Shown piece after piece: positions 41,550 to 51,384 of a DNA stretch of 64,000 nt. The stretch is from Promethearchaeota archaeon (lineage in GTDB: Archaea > Asgardarchaeota > Lokiarchaeia > Sigyniarchaeales > SOKP01), in contig JAHLWS010000052.1 of the NCBI GenBank assembly GCA_019057795.1, positions 32,835 to 96,834 on the forward strand, in the 5' to 3' direction. A program made the translations under genes and the position numbers. Each line of letters begins with the position of its first letter. Position 1 is the stretch's first letter. Below the pieces are notes generated by a model. It ran no database searches. It was not told the DNA's origin and was given only the letters and a program-made list of their open reading frames with translations.

Positions 41550-42422
41550 TTGAGATTTTCTATGAGCATATTAGATATTTTCAATTCCAAAGTAGAAGGT
41601 AAAATTACTAAAGTTGGGATTGGATTAGGTGATTCGGAAGCCCATAATCTCAAAATCCTAAAAGCTACTATTGGACTATTAGAAATCAATAAATCTTCAG
41701 TGTATTTCTTTGGTAACAAATCTTCTTTTAATCAAATTTCTAAAAACACTCTTTATAAAAAAAATTCGAAAAGAATTGTTTTAATCGAATCAAACGAGCC
41801 TGAATCTGAGATTTTAAATTACTTAGGCAAAGAACTCATATCTTGCGTTGTAAGAGGTAGTTTGGGTTCAATTAAATTCTTACAAAGTCTCAAAACATCC
41901 CTAAATATCTCAGAGATTGCCCGTTTAGCGTTATTAGAAACTTATAAAGGCCAACAATTTTTCTTTGGACCTGTTGGTATAGACGAATGCAATAATATTC
42001 AAAATAAAAAGATATTCATAAAAAAAGCAATAAAAATATTAGAAGCTTTAAACCTTAAACCAAAGATCAGCATTTTAAGCGGTGGAAGGGTTGGAGATTT
42101 AGGCAGAAATCCGGATGTCGATAAAACTCTCAACGAAGCGATAGAATTAGTAGATTATTTCAAGCTAGAACATCCAAAGTTGGAAATAAATCATACCGAA
42201 ATTTTAATTGAAAAGGCAATTAACGATAAATCTAATTTAATAATAGCACCAAATGGCATCTCTGGAAATCTAATTTATCGTACTTTGGTGCATTTAGGCG
42301 GAGGTAAAGCATATGGTGCAATATATATGGATATTGGGCATATTATAATTGATACATCCCGCGTAGGTGACTTTTCCGAGATTTATGGAGGATTTATTTT
42401 AGCTCTTGCGTTAACAGATTGA
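41550..42422 (+). CDS. mtxX: MtxX / methanogenesis marker 4-like protein
   Basis: VRGSL, PVGIDE, SGGR..DLGR, GISGNLIYRTL and DTSR motifs. Confidence 0.8.
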   Translation: MRFSMSILDIFNSKVEGKITKVGIGLGDSEAHNLKILKATIGLLEINKSSVYFFGNKSSFNQISKNTLYKKNSKRIVLIESNEPESEILNYLGKELISCVVRGSLGSIKFLQSLKTSLNISEIARLALLETYKGQQFFFGPVGIDECNNIQNKKIFIKKAIKILEALNLKPKISILSGGRVGDLGRNPDVDKTLNEAIELVDYFKLEHPKLEINHTEILIEKAINDKSNLIIAPNGISGNLIYRTLVHLGGGKAYGAIYMDIGHIIIDTSRVGDFSEIYGGFILALALTD

Positions 42423-42477
42423 AAAAAAAATAGCCTTTAAATTAAAATTAAAAAAAAGAAGAAAGTAAGAGATTGGA

Positions 42478-42777
42478 TTAACTAATTAAACCAATAAAAG
42501 TTGCTAAAAGTACTACAATTCCGCCGATTAAAACCGCAAAAACAATTAGAACCACGCCAATTACCCCTAATATAAATGGGGTGTAATGTATCGGCCTTAT
42601 ACCTAGAAAAACTGCTACTAACGCTAGAATTAGCCCGAAAACGCCACCAAGTATTCCAAATCCATATGGCATTAACCCTGGACCTATAAGTATCATGATT
42701 GCCTCGACTAAACTAATGATACCCCCTACAACGGCCATAATCCTCATAGCTTTATCTGTTTCTTGATATTCACTCAT
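42478..42777 (-). CDS. Small membrane protein
   Basis: 3-4 hydrophobic helices. Confidence 0.7.
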   Translation of the reverse strand: MSEYQETDKAMRIMAVVGGIISLVEAIMILIGPGLMPYGFGILGGVFGLILALVAVFLGIRPIHYTPFILGVIGVVLIVFAVLIGGIVVLLATFIGLIS

Positions 42778-43008
42778 TTAACAATCACTTAAAAATATTT
42801 TAGTTTTTAACTAGAAAATAGAATATTTCCACTTAAAAATTTATAGCCTATTGTTCGTAAACAATTGATAAATCGAAAAAGAAAATGAAGGTTTATTAAT
42901 TTAATCCAAAATAAAAAAAGGTTCATTTAGAGAGCATAATCGGCAAGTTCTAAAATGGGAGATAAAGGTTGTTTCAATAATCTTAAAAAAAGATGGGAGG
43001 GGTTGGAT

Positions 43009-43797
43009 TTAATATTCATCACCATGTTCAAATGATATTATTTTTGTTGGAGGACCATCACTAACATAAAACATATGTAACCAATCTTCACTTTTTTGTT
43101 TATAAGCTTGTTTTGTTTCTCTAATATACTTTGAAAATTTTAAAGTATTGTCGAATTTTAATTTAGATCTATCATCAAACGGTTTTGGTAATAAAGATTC
43201 TATTCCATCTTTTACCCAAAGATTTAATCGCCAATTTATTACATAATATCTTTTATTGGTTTTATTTTTTAATGGTACGTCATATTCAGATATAACATTT
43301 GAGGTGTCATTATTTAATAGATCAATATTATTTTGTGAGAGAACTTCAGAATCTATTGTAATTCCAAACCAATTTTGTTTTTTTTCCAACTTGGCTGCTT
43401 TTATAATGGCTTTTCCAATTAAATGATTTGTATTTTCAATATAATCTGCCTCTCCTTTTGTAATTGCCCCTCGTATGGGAAATCCAGATGCAAATAAGCC
43501 TCTTGCCAATTGGAATGTAGCAGAAATTATTATATTTAAAGATTCTTTTGATATATCTTGAGTAATAATAATAAAAGTATCTGAAAAACTGAAACAAGAA
43601 CATTTTTTCAATTTTCGATTGGCAACTAATTTTTCTCCTTTTTTTACAACTTTTCCTAAACTCTCAACAATTGGAACATAATTCATTATCATTCTCATTT
43701 TCTTCAATATTTTATCAAGTTCACCATTCATTACTATGTCTGAAAATCCAAGTATGTCTAAAAAACTAATATATCTTTCCTTTGACAAACAAAACAT
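43009..43797 (-). CDS. Class III nucleotidyl-cyclase-like protein
   Basis: 'FLDILGFS', 'FSDT', 'RGAITKG' and 'GKAIIKAAKLE' parallel the class III cyclase core motifs. Confidence 0.6.
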   Translation of the reverse strand: MFCLSKERYISFLDILGFSDIVMNGELDKILKKMRMIMNYVPIVESLGKVVKKGEKLVANRKLKKCSCFSFSDTFIIITQDISKESLNIIISATFQLARGLFASGFPIRGAITKGEADYIENTNHLIGKAIIKAAKLEKKQNWFGITIDSEVLSQNNIDLLNNDTSNVISEYDVPLKNKTNKRYYVINWRLNLWVKDGIESLLPKPFDDRSKLKFDNTLKFSKYIRETKQAYKQKSEDWLHMFYVSDGPPTKIISFEHGDEY

Positions 43798-44065
43798 CTC
43801 ATTCTTTCGATTCTCTAGGGGAATCCTAATTTTTCATATTTATATTATTTCTTAATTAATAGTATTAACATATAAAAATGAATATTTAATGATAGTTTAT
43901 ATATGAATCATCGAATAAAATCAAAATTAATTTATCTAAAGAAAAAAAAATAAGATATTAGTGCTTACATTTTATATTTAACAAGAATAACAATAGAGAA
44001 CCTGAGTTAAGAGATTTATTTATAATTTAAAAAGATCTCACAAATAAAACCTTTAAAGATGAATA

Positions 44066-44701
44066 ATGGATATTAATGATTTTAAAAAAGTGAAATGCCC
44101 TTTATGTGGATCTAAATTGATATTAGAAAGAATAAAAGAAAGAGAAATAGTGATAGGAGATTGCTCTGATCGAAACTGTAAAAAGAGTTGGGTTCTTTAT
44201 CTAGGTGAAAATAAGCACGAAATCATGGCAAGAGAAGCAACAAAAATTGGAAAGTTAAAAGACATGGGTTATAAGGGTCCTAAAGGTCTTCTAGTATTTG
44301 AGGTAACTATAACAAATTTCAAATTTTTTGATGAAAAATTCGTTAAAGAAGATGAAAAAAAAGTCAAAATTGACTGGAGTAAAGTTGATATCATTCCTCG
44401 TATTGAAAATATTGAATTTAATGAAACATGGAATAACAATGAAAGAAAAATAGATTTTCATTTTAAATTAGAGACTAACCCTCATATCATATGTATCAGC
44501 TTTAATGGTCAATGTATTTTAGAATCACCTGAGCAAAGAAAAATTGAAGTTTTATTAAAACAAAGAATTCGAATAATGAATAAAATGATCTATAATGATA
44601 TCCTTAAAACAGCTTACTTGCATGCTGATATAATAGGGAAAAATAATAATATTCCACTTCATCCGATAGGAATTGTTTTAAAAAAATATGAATTAAAATA
44701 A
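44066..44701 (+). CDS. Hypothetical protein with an N-terminal zinc ribbon
   Basis: CPLCG...CSDRNC. Confidence 0.55.
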   Translation: MDINDFKKVKCPLCGSKLILERIKEREIVIGDCSDRNCKKSWVLYLGENKHEIMAREATKIGKLKDMGYKGPKGLLVFEVTITNFKFFDEKFVKEDEKKVKIDWSKVDIIPRIENIEFNETWNNNERKIDFHFKLETNPHIICISFNGQCILESPEQRKIEVLLKQRIRIMNKMIYNDILKTAYLHADIIGKNNNIPLHPIGIVLKKYELK

Positions 44702-44994
44702 TTCACTAAATGTTGCAATTGTGGATGTGGAATAACAGAAAGTAATATTGAGAACTTACCTACTATAGAAACACATCATTTAAATCCGAATAAAAAATCT
44801 TTTCATAATTTTCATAAATTATGTTTTTTGACTTCAGATATGGGAAAACTCATAATATCTTAATTACTGATAATTGTATTTGTCTATGTAGTAATTGTCA
44901 TATTTTTGATCAATCTACATTTTTTAATGAAAATAAAGAAGAAATCTTTAGAGAGCATGCGAAAATATTAAAAAAGCATAATTCTAATCATTAA
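44702..44994 (+). pseudogene. Frameshifted HNH endonuclease remnant
   Basis: KCCNCG...ETHHLNP in one frame, then CICLCSNCH in another; no start codon. Confidence 0.65.
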
Positions 44995-45002
44995 GCATGA
45001 AA

Positions 45003-45106
45003 TGGGAGAGGAGGGATTCGAACCCTCGGCCACTTGGCCCCCAGCCAAGTTTTAAGCCGTAGAAGACATGTTCCTACGGTATCATACCAAGCTAGACCAC
45101 CCTCCC
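45003..45106 (-). tRNA. tRNA-Pro(GGG) with a 30-nt intron at ~25/26 (intron ~45051-45080)
   Basis: Acceptor GGGAGGG/CTCTCCC, anticodon arm CTTGG-CTGGGGG-CCAAG, T-arm GAGGG-TTCGAAT-CCCTC; intron hairpin CCGTAG/CTACGG. Confidence 0.92.
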
Positions 45107-45294
45107 GTTTTTAAAAGGAGATTGTTACGTAAAGATTTAATTATTGGTTGGCGTTAACACAGTTTTGTACTATTAAAAATCATAAATTCTATTTATTTTT
45201 ATTTATCCTATCTTTTAAACCAATAATTTTTAAATTCTTTAGAGGTTTTTTAACCTTATAATTTTAATAAATTAAATTAAGCCCAGTTTAAAAA

Positions 45295-45591
45295 ATGCGT
45301 TCCAGAAAACCTTTTATTATTTTTTGGCCCCAATATTTCGATGCAAAAAGGAGTAGATCGGAGGGAAGACGCATTCCAAAGAAATTTGCTATTGATAAAA
45401 TCAATACAAATGATATTGTAAAAGCAGCAAAACATCTAGGTTATAATGCCCATTCCGAAAAAGGATATCAATATCCTAGAACGTGGTGGGACGATCCTGG
45501 TAGAGTATCAATTGATACGAAAGGTAAGACAAAATCTAAGGTCTTAATCGAAGTTGCTAAAGAAATTAAGAAGTTACAACCAAAAAAATAA
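45295..45591 (+). CDS. srp19: Signal recognition particle protein SRP19
   Basis: WPQYFDAKRSRSEGRRIP and YPRTWW..PGRV motifs. Confidence 0.95.
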   Translation: MRSRKPFIIFWPQYFDAKRSRSEGRRIPKKFAIDKINTNDIVKAAKHLGYNAHSEKGYQYPRTWWDDPGRVSIDTKGKTKSKVLIEVAKEIKKLQPKK

Positions 45592-45600
45592 AAAATTATT

Positions 45601-45972
45601 ATGCACGAATTTTCTTTTGCCTATGACATCTTTAAGATTGCTGAAGCTACCGCTTTAAAATATAATGCTAATAAAATTTCACAAGTATATCTCGAGATTG
45701 GCGAGTTAACCTTAATAGTTCCTGAGTTACTCAAACGATCGTTTGAAATGGCAACTAAAGGCTCGATTGCTGAGGGTGCCGAATTAAAAATAGAAATAAC
45801 ACCGGGAAAAATTAAGTGTCGAGAATGCGGTAAAGTCTCAACCGTTACTTTAAGCGAAGAGTCGTATTTAACAGGGTTGCAATTATTTCAGTGCAGACAT
45901 TGCCAAAGCAAGAACACTGAAATAATAGAAGGAAAGAAAGCTAACATAAAAAACATTAAAATTCAAGAATAA
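45601..45972 (+). CDS. hypA: Hydrogenase maturation factor HypA
   Basis: MHE start, IGEL, two CxxC motifs. Confidence 0.93.
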   Translation: MHEFSFAYDIFKIAEATALKYNANKISQVYLEIGELTLIVPELLKRSFEMATKGSIAEGAELKIEITPGKIKCRECGKVSTVTLSEESYLTGLQLFQCRHCQSKNTEIIEGKKANIKNIKIQE

Positions 45973-45987
45973 GTCGTTTGAATGTAC

Positions 45988-46365
45988 CTAAACTAGTATA
46001 GCGTTAAGCACTCCGTGCTGTCCAGGTCTGCTAACTATTTTAGCCTTACCCAACTCTGTTTCGACAATAGCGCCTTTGGTGATAATATGGCGTCTATTCA
46101 AATCTTTAGAGGCTGGATTACTGTCAAATTTTAATATCTTAACTTTTGAGGTTTTATTTGTATTAAGGTCTGTGACATTTATAAACGTAGTTGAGAACAT
46201 TTTGAGCTTGAAATTTCCCCCCATAGTGCGCTGATGTTTTTTTTTTTCTTGAGCTATTTTAGTTTCAATAGGAGGCTGTTCTAGTTCTCTTTTCCTTTTT
46301 TTATGAAAATGCTTGTATTTTTTTCCTGTGTATTTTCTTTTACTTCTTGCTTGACTTCTTGCCAT
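45988..46365 (-). CDS. rps8e: 30S ribosomal protein S8e
   Basis: RTMGGN, IITKGAIVET and SRPGQHGVLNA motifs. Confidence 0.96.
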   Translation of the reverse strand: MARSQARSKRKYTGKKYKHFHKKRKRELEQPPIETKIAQEKKKHQRTMGGNFKLKMFSTTFINVTDLNTNKTSKVKILKFDSNPASKDLNRRHIITKGAIVETELGKAKIVSRPGQHGVLNAILV

Positions 46366-46518
46366 GATAAAAAGACACTCATCGACTCAAATATGTTATA
46401 ATTGATAATATGATATATCTTTAAAATTTTTTGTTTAAGTGTTTATAATTTCTAAAAGTAAAATAAAAATAGGAGAAATTAATTTATTTATTATAATTAT
46501 TAAATTATTATAGAATAA

Positions 46519-47172
46519 TTGTTGAAGAGAATGATGGAAAACAAAAACAATATGCTAAACTTGGACGAGGATTTATTAAACCGAATAATTAAATCAAGTA
46601 CTACTACCGTAGGGATAATTGTTAAAGATGCTGTTGTAGTTGGAACAGAATCTCAAGCCACCGCGGGATACACAGTAGCCACTAAAACTGCACAGAAGCT
46701 CTTTCAGATTAACAATTACACTTGCGCTACAATCTCGGGTGGAGTGGCAGATTGTCAATATGTTGTTAACCAACTCAAAGCACTTTCCAGATTGAAGCAA
46801 GTAGAAGAAGAAAAAGTACCAGACCCGAAATATATCGGAAGTTTAACGAGAAACATTCTATTTAGCGGAAGGTCTTACTTTGTATGCATGATGATAATAG
46901 GTGGATATTCCCAAAAGGATAAAAAAGGTATTCTTTACGGTGTTGATTTACTAGGAACTTTATACGAAGAAGATAAATACATTTCTTTTGGTTCCGGGTC
47001 TCCATTCTCTTTAGGCGTTCTAGAGGCAGACTGGAAGCGAAATATGACTAAAACTGTTGGAATTGACCTGGTAAAAACCGCTATTACAAGTTCCCGAGAA
47101 CGAGATGCTGCATCGGGATTCAAGATTCAAATCTGTACCATTGATAAAAATGGTTTCAAACAAATTCAATAA
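46519..47172 (+). CDS. psmB: Proteasome beta subunit
   Basis: TTTVG, SGGVAD, GSGS and RDAASG motifs. Confidence 0.92.
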   Translation: MLKRMMENKNNMLNLDEDLLNRIIKSSTTTVGIIVKDAVVVGTESQATAGYTVATKTAQKLFQINNYTCATISGGVADCQYVVNQLKALSRLKQVEEEKVPDPKYIGSLTRNILFSGRSYFVCMMIIGGYSQKDKKGILYGVDLLGTLYEEDKYISFGSGSPFSLGVLEADWKRNMTKTVGIDLVKTAITSSRERDAASGFKIQICTIDKNGFKQIQ

Positions 47173-47340
47173 ATTGTGTGTTAGTAGATTAATAGTTTAT
47201 TTAAGCACCAATTATCAGAAATATTATTCTTTATTTTTTAGAAAAAATTTAAATGAAATATATTGTATAAATTTTGTAAGTTTTAGAATTAAAAACAAAC
47301 TAGAGAATTTTTCTGGAAAATTCAAAGAGTTGAATCAAAA

Positions 47341-47616
47341 ATCGAGATTATTGGATATTTGGGAGATTTATTGGCTCAAAGAATCAATATAAGTCCACCT
47401 GCGGCCCGGGGATTAATAAAACTATCGATAAAGGACGAGTTAGGTCCTTTTAAACCATATAATCAAATTAATTTTGAAGATTTGAAAAAAACTTTTGAAA
47501 ATTCTCTAAAAAGAAGATTAATAAAATTAGAAGTTCAAGAATGTGAATCTATTCTTGAATACATATTGGACGAACTAACTTTAAACCAGTCGTTAATAAC
47601 AATTGGAGGAGTATAA
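47341..47616 (+). CDS. Hypothetical protein (start at ATC 47341 or TTG 47359)
   Basis: The frame is open from 47341, (M)EIIGYLGDLL, with an SD-like gagttga upstream. Confidence 0.55.
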   Translation: MEIIGYLGDLLAQRINISPPAARGLIKLSIKDELGPFKPYNQINFEDLKKTFENSLKRRLIKLEVQECESILEYILDELTLNQSLITIGGV

Positions 47617-47619
47617 AGG

Positions 47620-48405
47620 ATGGACCTTATTATTTTATTCTGGATTTTCGCTATATTGTTGATATTATTCATTGTTTCACTCTTAGTTGTAGGTATTTTT
47701 TTCTTAATTAAAGGTAATCAAAATAAAATGAAGAACCTTATAGTAATAGGAATAGGTTTTATTGCAATGGTTATTGGTTTTATTGGTAGTTTTATCTTTA
47801 AATTGGGATTTGTTTTTCAAGAAGTTTTTGTTTTTATTGGATTCGTTTTATTAGTAATTTTTACAAATATGACGTTTTATAAGGGTAGAAAGTCAAAAGC
47901 AAAAGCAGTGTTAACTGTTACGGTAATTTTAGGAGCCATACAGCTTATATTTATGACACTCCATGTATATTTTTCAATTAATACCTACTATTTCAGAGTT
48001 ACTTTAGATGTACCCTATACTTTTTTAGTCTTTAATTGGATGGCGTGGTCATCCTATTCCGCGTATCAAAAAATAAAGAATAAAAATATTCAACCATGGA
48101 TAAAAGTACGATACAAATTGGTTGCTTTCGTTTCATTTATTCTCAGCTTTAATAATATACCCGAGTTTTTTCAGCCTGTAGGTACTACATGGGGCGATCC
48201 TGATAATTTAATAAGCCTAGCTGTTTTTGGTACAACTGCTGTAATATCAGTAATTTTTGCAATTGGGTTTAGTTTGGCATGGATGATGCCAAATCGTCTT
48301 AAAAAGTTTTTTAATAGGAATTATCAACTTTTAGATGAAAAAGAGTATACTGAAGAAGAATTAATGAATTTAATTAGAGAACAATTAGCGAACGGGAATA
48401 ATTAA
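47620..48405 (+). CDS. Multi-pass (about 7 TM) membrane protein
   Basis: Alternating hydrophobic helices; ends 'AWMMPNRLKKFFNR...TEEEL'. Confidence 0.7.
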   Translation: MDLIILFWIFAILLILFIVSLLVVGIFFLIKGNQNKMKNLIVIGIGFIAMVIGFIGSFIFKLGFVFQEVFVFIGFVLLVIFTNMTFYKGRKSKAKAVLTVTVILGAIQLIFMTLHVYFSINTYYFRVTLDVPYTFLVFNWMAWSSYSAYQKIKNKNIQPWIKVRYKLVAFVSFILSFNNIPEFFQPVGTTWGDPDNLISLAVFGTTAVISVIFAIGFSLAWMMPNRLKKFFNRNYQLLDEKEYTEEELMNLIREQLANGNN

Positions 48406-48430
48406 TTCTTGTAAAATTTATAATTACAGA

Positions 48431-48925
48431 TTAATCCTTAACAAAGTTTATCGCTATTTGAATCAATTTATTTTTTAAATAAATAAAACCATTAATTTCC
48501 TTGCTTCTAGAATCCATTATTATCCATATTAAGTGTTTGAACTTTTTTATACCACAGTTATGATAAGATTTCATACATTTTTTATCAACGCCACTCGGAT
48601 TTGCTCCAGCGGGGTGAGAATGAAAAATTGCTATTAATTTTAAATTGTTATCTTTTAAAATAGTAGTTGAAAGTTTTATCAACATGTCATCGTTATCTAA
48701 CAAGAATGCAACAGGACTTTTATTGCTAGAGTCAATACATTGAAAATCCTTACTATAATACTTATATTTAAAATCACCATTATTATTAATTTCTTGAATT
48801 TCACCGAAAATTAAACCGCACGCTTCATGCGGGGTGGTTTTTTCAATACATTGTTCTAATTCGTTAATTAGGATCTTGTCAATAAAAAAAATAATATCGT
48901 TTTCAAATCTCATTTTATACTTCAT
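48431..48925 (-). CDS. JAB/MPN+ (JAMM) metalloprotease
   Basis: PHEACG and FHSHP....PS..D motifs. Confidence 0.88.
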   Translation of the reverse strand: MKYKMRFENDIIFFIDKILINELEQCIEKTTPHEACGLIFGEIQEINNNGDFKYKYYSKDFQCIDSSNKSPVAFLLDNDDMLIKLSTTILKDNNLKLIAIFHSHPAGANPSGVDKKCMKSYHNCGIKKFKHLIWIIMDSRSKEINGFIYLKNKLIQIAINFVKD

Positions 48926-48932
48926 ACTCGAA

Positions 48933-49610
48933 TTAAAATAGCGTTAAAGCCGCGTTTAAAGCGGCTAACCGCGATATTTGGGGATTTTCACCCAAACCTA
49001 TTATTATCACATCGTCTTTCTCAAATAATACCTTAGCTTTTTCAATTTTAGATGTAAAATACTTCAGAGTTTTTTGATTGATTTTCTTTTGTTCTTCGCT
49101 GTTATTATTTACAAATTTAGAGGGAAAGATAATATTTTTTCCGTTATACACAAGACAAGTAGCTCCAGAACCGTTAACCTTTATTGCCGCGTCTCTTTGC
49201 TCGATTCCGTTCTTAATTTTCTTAGTAGCGTTCTTAACTAAACAAAAGTAAGGATTAACATTTTCAGGTTCAATAATAATATCTTTTAAAAAAGTAAGGT
49301 CCGCTTTTTCTAATAAAGGAATTTTATTTTTTATTTTAGCAAAAAATTTATGCCCTTTCTCAGTTAACACATGCCCCTTCCTTTCTCCTTCGTCTGGAAC
49401 TACAATAAATTCACTTACATCTTTTAGTTTTTTAACCAAAGATTTAGCTGTTCCAGATCCAATTTGTAATTCATCTTTAAGGCGATATCTTCCAATGCCT
49501 CCTGGATTTTTTCCAAATATAAATAATGATAATATAATATGAACATAATCGAAAGTAGGTCTAATAGTTGGACTTTCAAATAGTGGCTTCAATTCACTTA
49601 ATTCTTTCAT
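48933..49610 (-). CDS. wHTH protein (DUF4443-like)
   Basis: IGRYRL..EL.IG.G and G.EQRDAAIK.G..GAT motifs. Confidence 0.7.
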   Translation of the reverse strand: MKELSELKPLFESPTIRPTFDYVHIILSLFIFGKNPGGIGRYRLKDELQIGSGTAKSLVKKLKDVSEFIVVPDEGERKGHVLTEKGHKFFAKIKNKIPLLEKADLTFLKDIIIEPENVNPYFCLVKNATKKIKNGIEQRDAAIKVNGSGATCLVYNGKNIIFPSKFVNNNSEEQKKINQKTLKYFTSKIEKAKVLFEKDDVIIIGLGENPQISRLAALNAALTLF

Positions 49611-49739
49611 GTTCTTGATATTAAAAGAAATCGTTTGTAAAAAAAATATTACATCAAATAAAATTATAAGTTAAAATAGTATTAATTCCTTTATATAATC
49701 GATAATTATTACTTTATCGAGAAGTCGGCGAATTTTTTT

Positions 49740-50738
49740 ATGGCGAAAAAAAATAGAGATCAAGAGCAAGAAGATATGCACGAATTAATATTATTTAGAG
49801 AGCCGACTGCTAAGGAAATAAAAAAATTCGAATCTGTTTCTCTTGAATATATTAATCAAGAAGATAAAATTAATTTGGTATGCAAATCAGAACCTTTTGG
49901 AGGAAATTATCTTTATTCCTTGGTAATATCAAATAAGAGCGTTGAACCGATTACAGAAATTAAGATTAGAGTAAGAATTCCAAGAGTATTAAAGCTTTGT
50001 AGAAGTACACCTCCAACTATAACTATAGAAACTATTAATTTTGAAGAAGATGAAGAAGAAACACAAGTAAAAATAGAATTTGAAGTATTAAAAGGAAAGG
50101 CTCAAAAACAAATTAATTTATTTCTCAGCCCGTTATCCTTAGAAGAAAAAGGTGAGATTAGATCATCCGTTACATTCGTAAGTAATACTGATTTTGTTAG
50201 GGCAATTGACACGGGTGCTATTACTATTCAATTCGATCCATTTAACATTGAAAGAAAAATATTACCAAGTGCTGAAGTTAAAAAATTCCTGCAAAAACCC
50301 GGGATAAAAAAAGCGATTAAAAGTATTGGGATTGGTATAGAAAAATTCTTCGACGAAAACTATTATTTCAACCAAATTACTAAAATCATCCAGGACCAAA
50401 ATTTCCAATTAATTATTAAAGATAACGATAATAAAATTGTTTGGTTTTTCGGAACAGATTTAGTATCGGGAAACGATATCTTGATAATTGGACAAATTGT
50501 CTCGGGTAAAATAGAATGGTTAGCAGCGTCGCAAAACCATCCTTTACTCATCTCCATCTTAACAAACTTTGTAAACACTCTTAAAGAGGAAATGATGATT
50601 TTAAACTTAATAAATTCTGAAGATCAAATTTGTCATTTAGAATGTAAATATTGCGGCAATATCTTATCTAGCTTTCCTGGAAAAGGTAAATCTATCGAAT
50701 GTAATAAATGCAACTACGAACAAGTTATTTGGAACTAG
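49740..50738 (+). CDS. Hypothetical protein with an Ig-like region and a C-terminal zinc ribbon
   Basis: Beta-rich N-terminal half; CKYCG...CNKCN. Confidence 0.6.
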   Translation: MAKKNRDQEQEDMHELILFREPTAKEIKKFESVSLEYINQEDKINLVCKSEPFGGNYLYSLVISNKSVEPITEIKIRVRIPRVLKLCRSTPPTITIETINFEEDEEETQVKIEFEVLKGKAQKQINLFLSPLSLEEKGEIRSSVTFVSNTDFVRAIDTGAITIQFDPFNIERKILPSAEVKKFLQKPGIKKAIKSIGIGIEKFFDENYYFNQITKIIQDQNFQLIIKDNDNKIVWFFGTDLVSGNDILIIGQIVSGKIEWLAASQNHPLLISILTNFVNTLKEEMMILNLINSEDQICHLECKYCGNILSSFPGKGKSIECNKCNYEQVIWN

Positions 50739-51171
50739 AAAGTTTAATTACTCCTTCGTTAATATATTCTTTCGATGGCTTGTTTTAAAAATAGAATTAA
50801 TTTTTTTATGTTTCATTTGATATAAAATTTTGCTCTTCAGCATTTCACAATTTGATTAAACTTTTATTTTCTTCTAAAAGTATCACCAAATGTTTTATTA
50901 TGTCAGGTTTAGAGTTCTTTTTATTCCTTTAAACACTAAATATTCATAGATTTGAAAAATCAGTGCAAGATATTTATATTGTACGAAATGATTCAATTAG
51001 TATGATTTGAATTTTGTCGTGAAATTTTTTTCGTTTTTTTCCTTAGAAAATCAAGTATCAATCAAAATCTTTAAATACATAAAAGAACATTCTTTATTTG
51101 ATTAAGTAAATTTAATCAAAAAAATTAAATTTAAAAATATTAACTAAAATCTAAAAAGTGGAGGAATTATC

Positions 51172-51384
51172 ATGTCTGAATATATTAGTTGGAGTCCTAT
51201 TAGGCGTCTTATGAAACATAACGGTGCTGTTATTGTCGCAAGAGATGCTGTAAACGAGCTAGTCGGTTGGATGGGCGCATCAGCAGAAAAAATAACCAAA
51301 AGTGCGTTAATCTTAACGAAACATTCAAAACGTAAGAAAATAACTCGTGACGATATCTTAATGGCTATTAAATACTTCAAATAA
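51172..51384 (+). CDS. Archaeal histone
   Basis: Histone fold 'PIRRLMK..GA..VARDAV...HSKRKKITRDDI'; SD ggagg. Confidence 0.93.
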   Translation: MSEYISWSPIRRLMKHNGAVIVARDAVNELVGWMGASAEKITKSALILTKHSKRKKITRDDILMAIKYFK

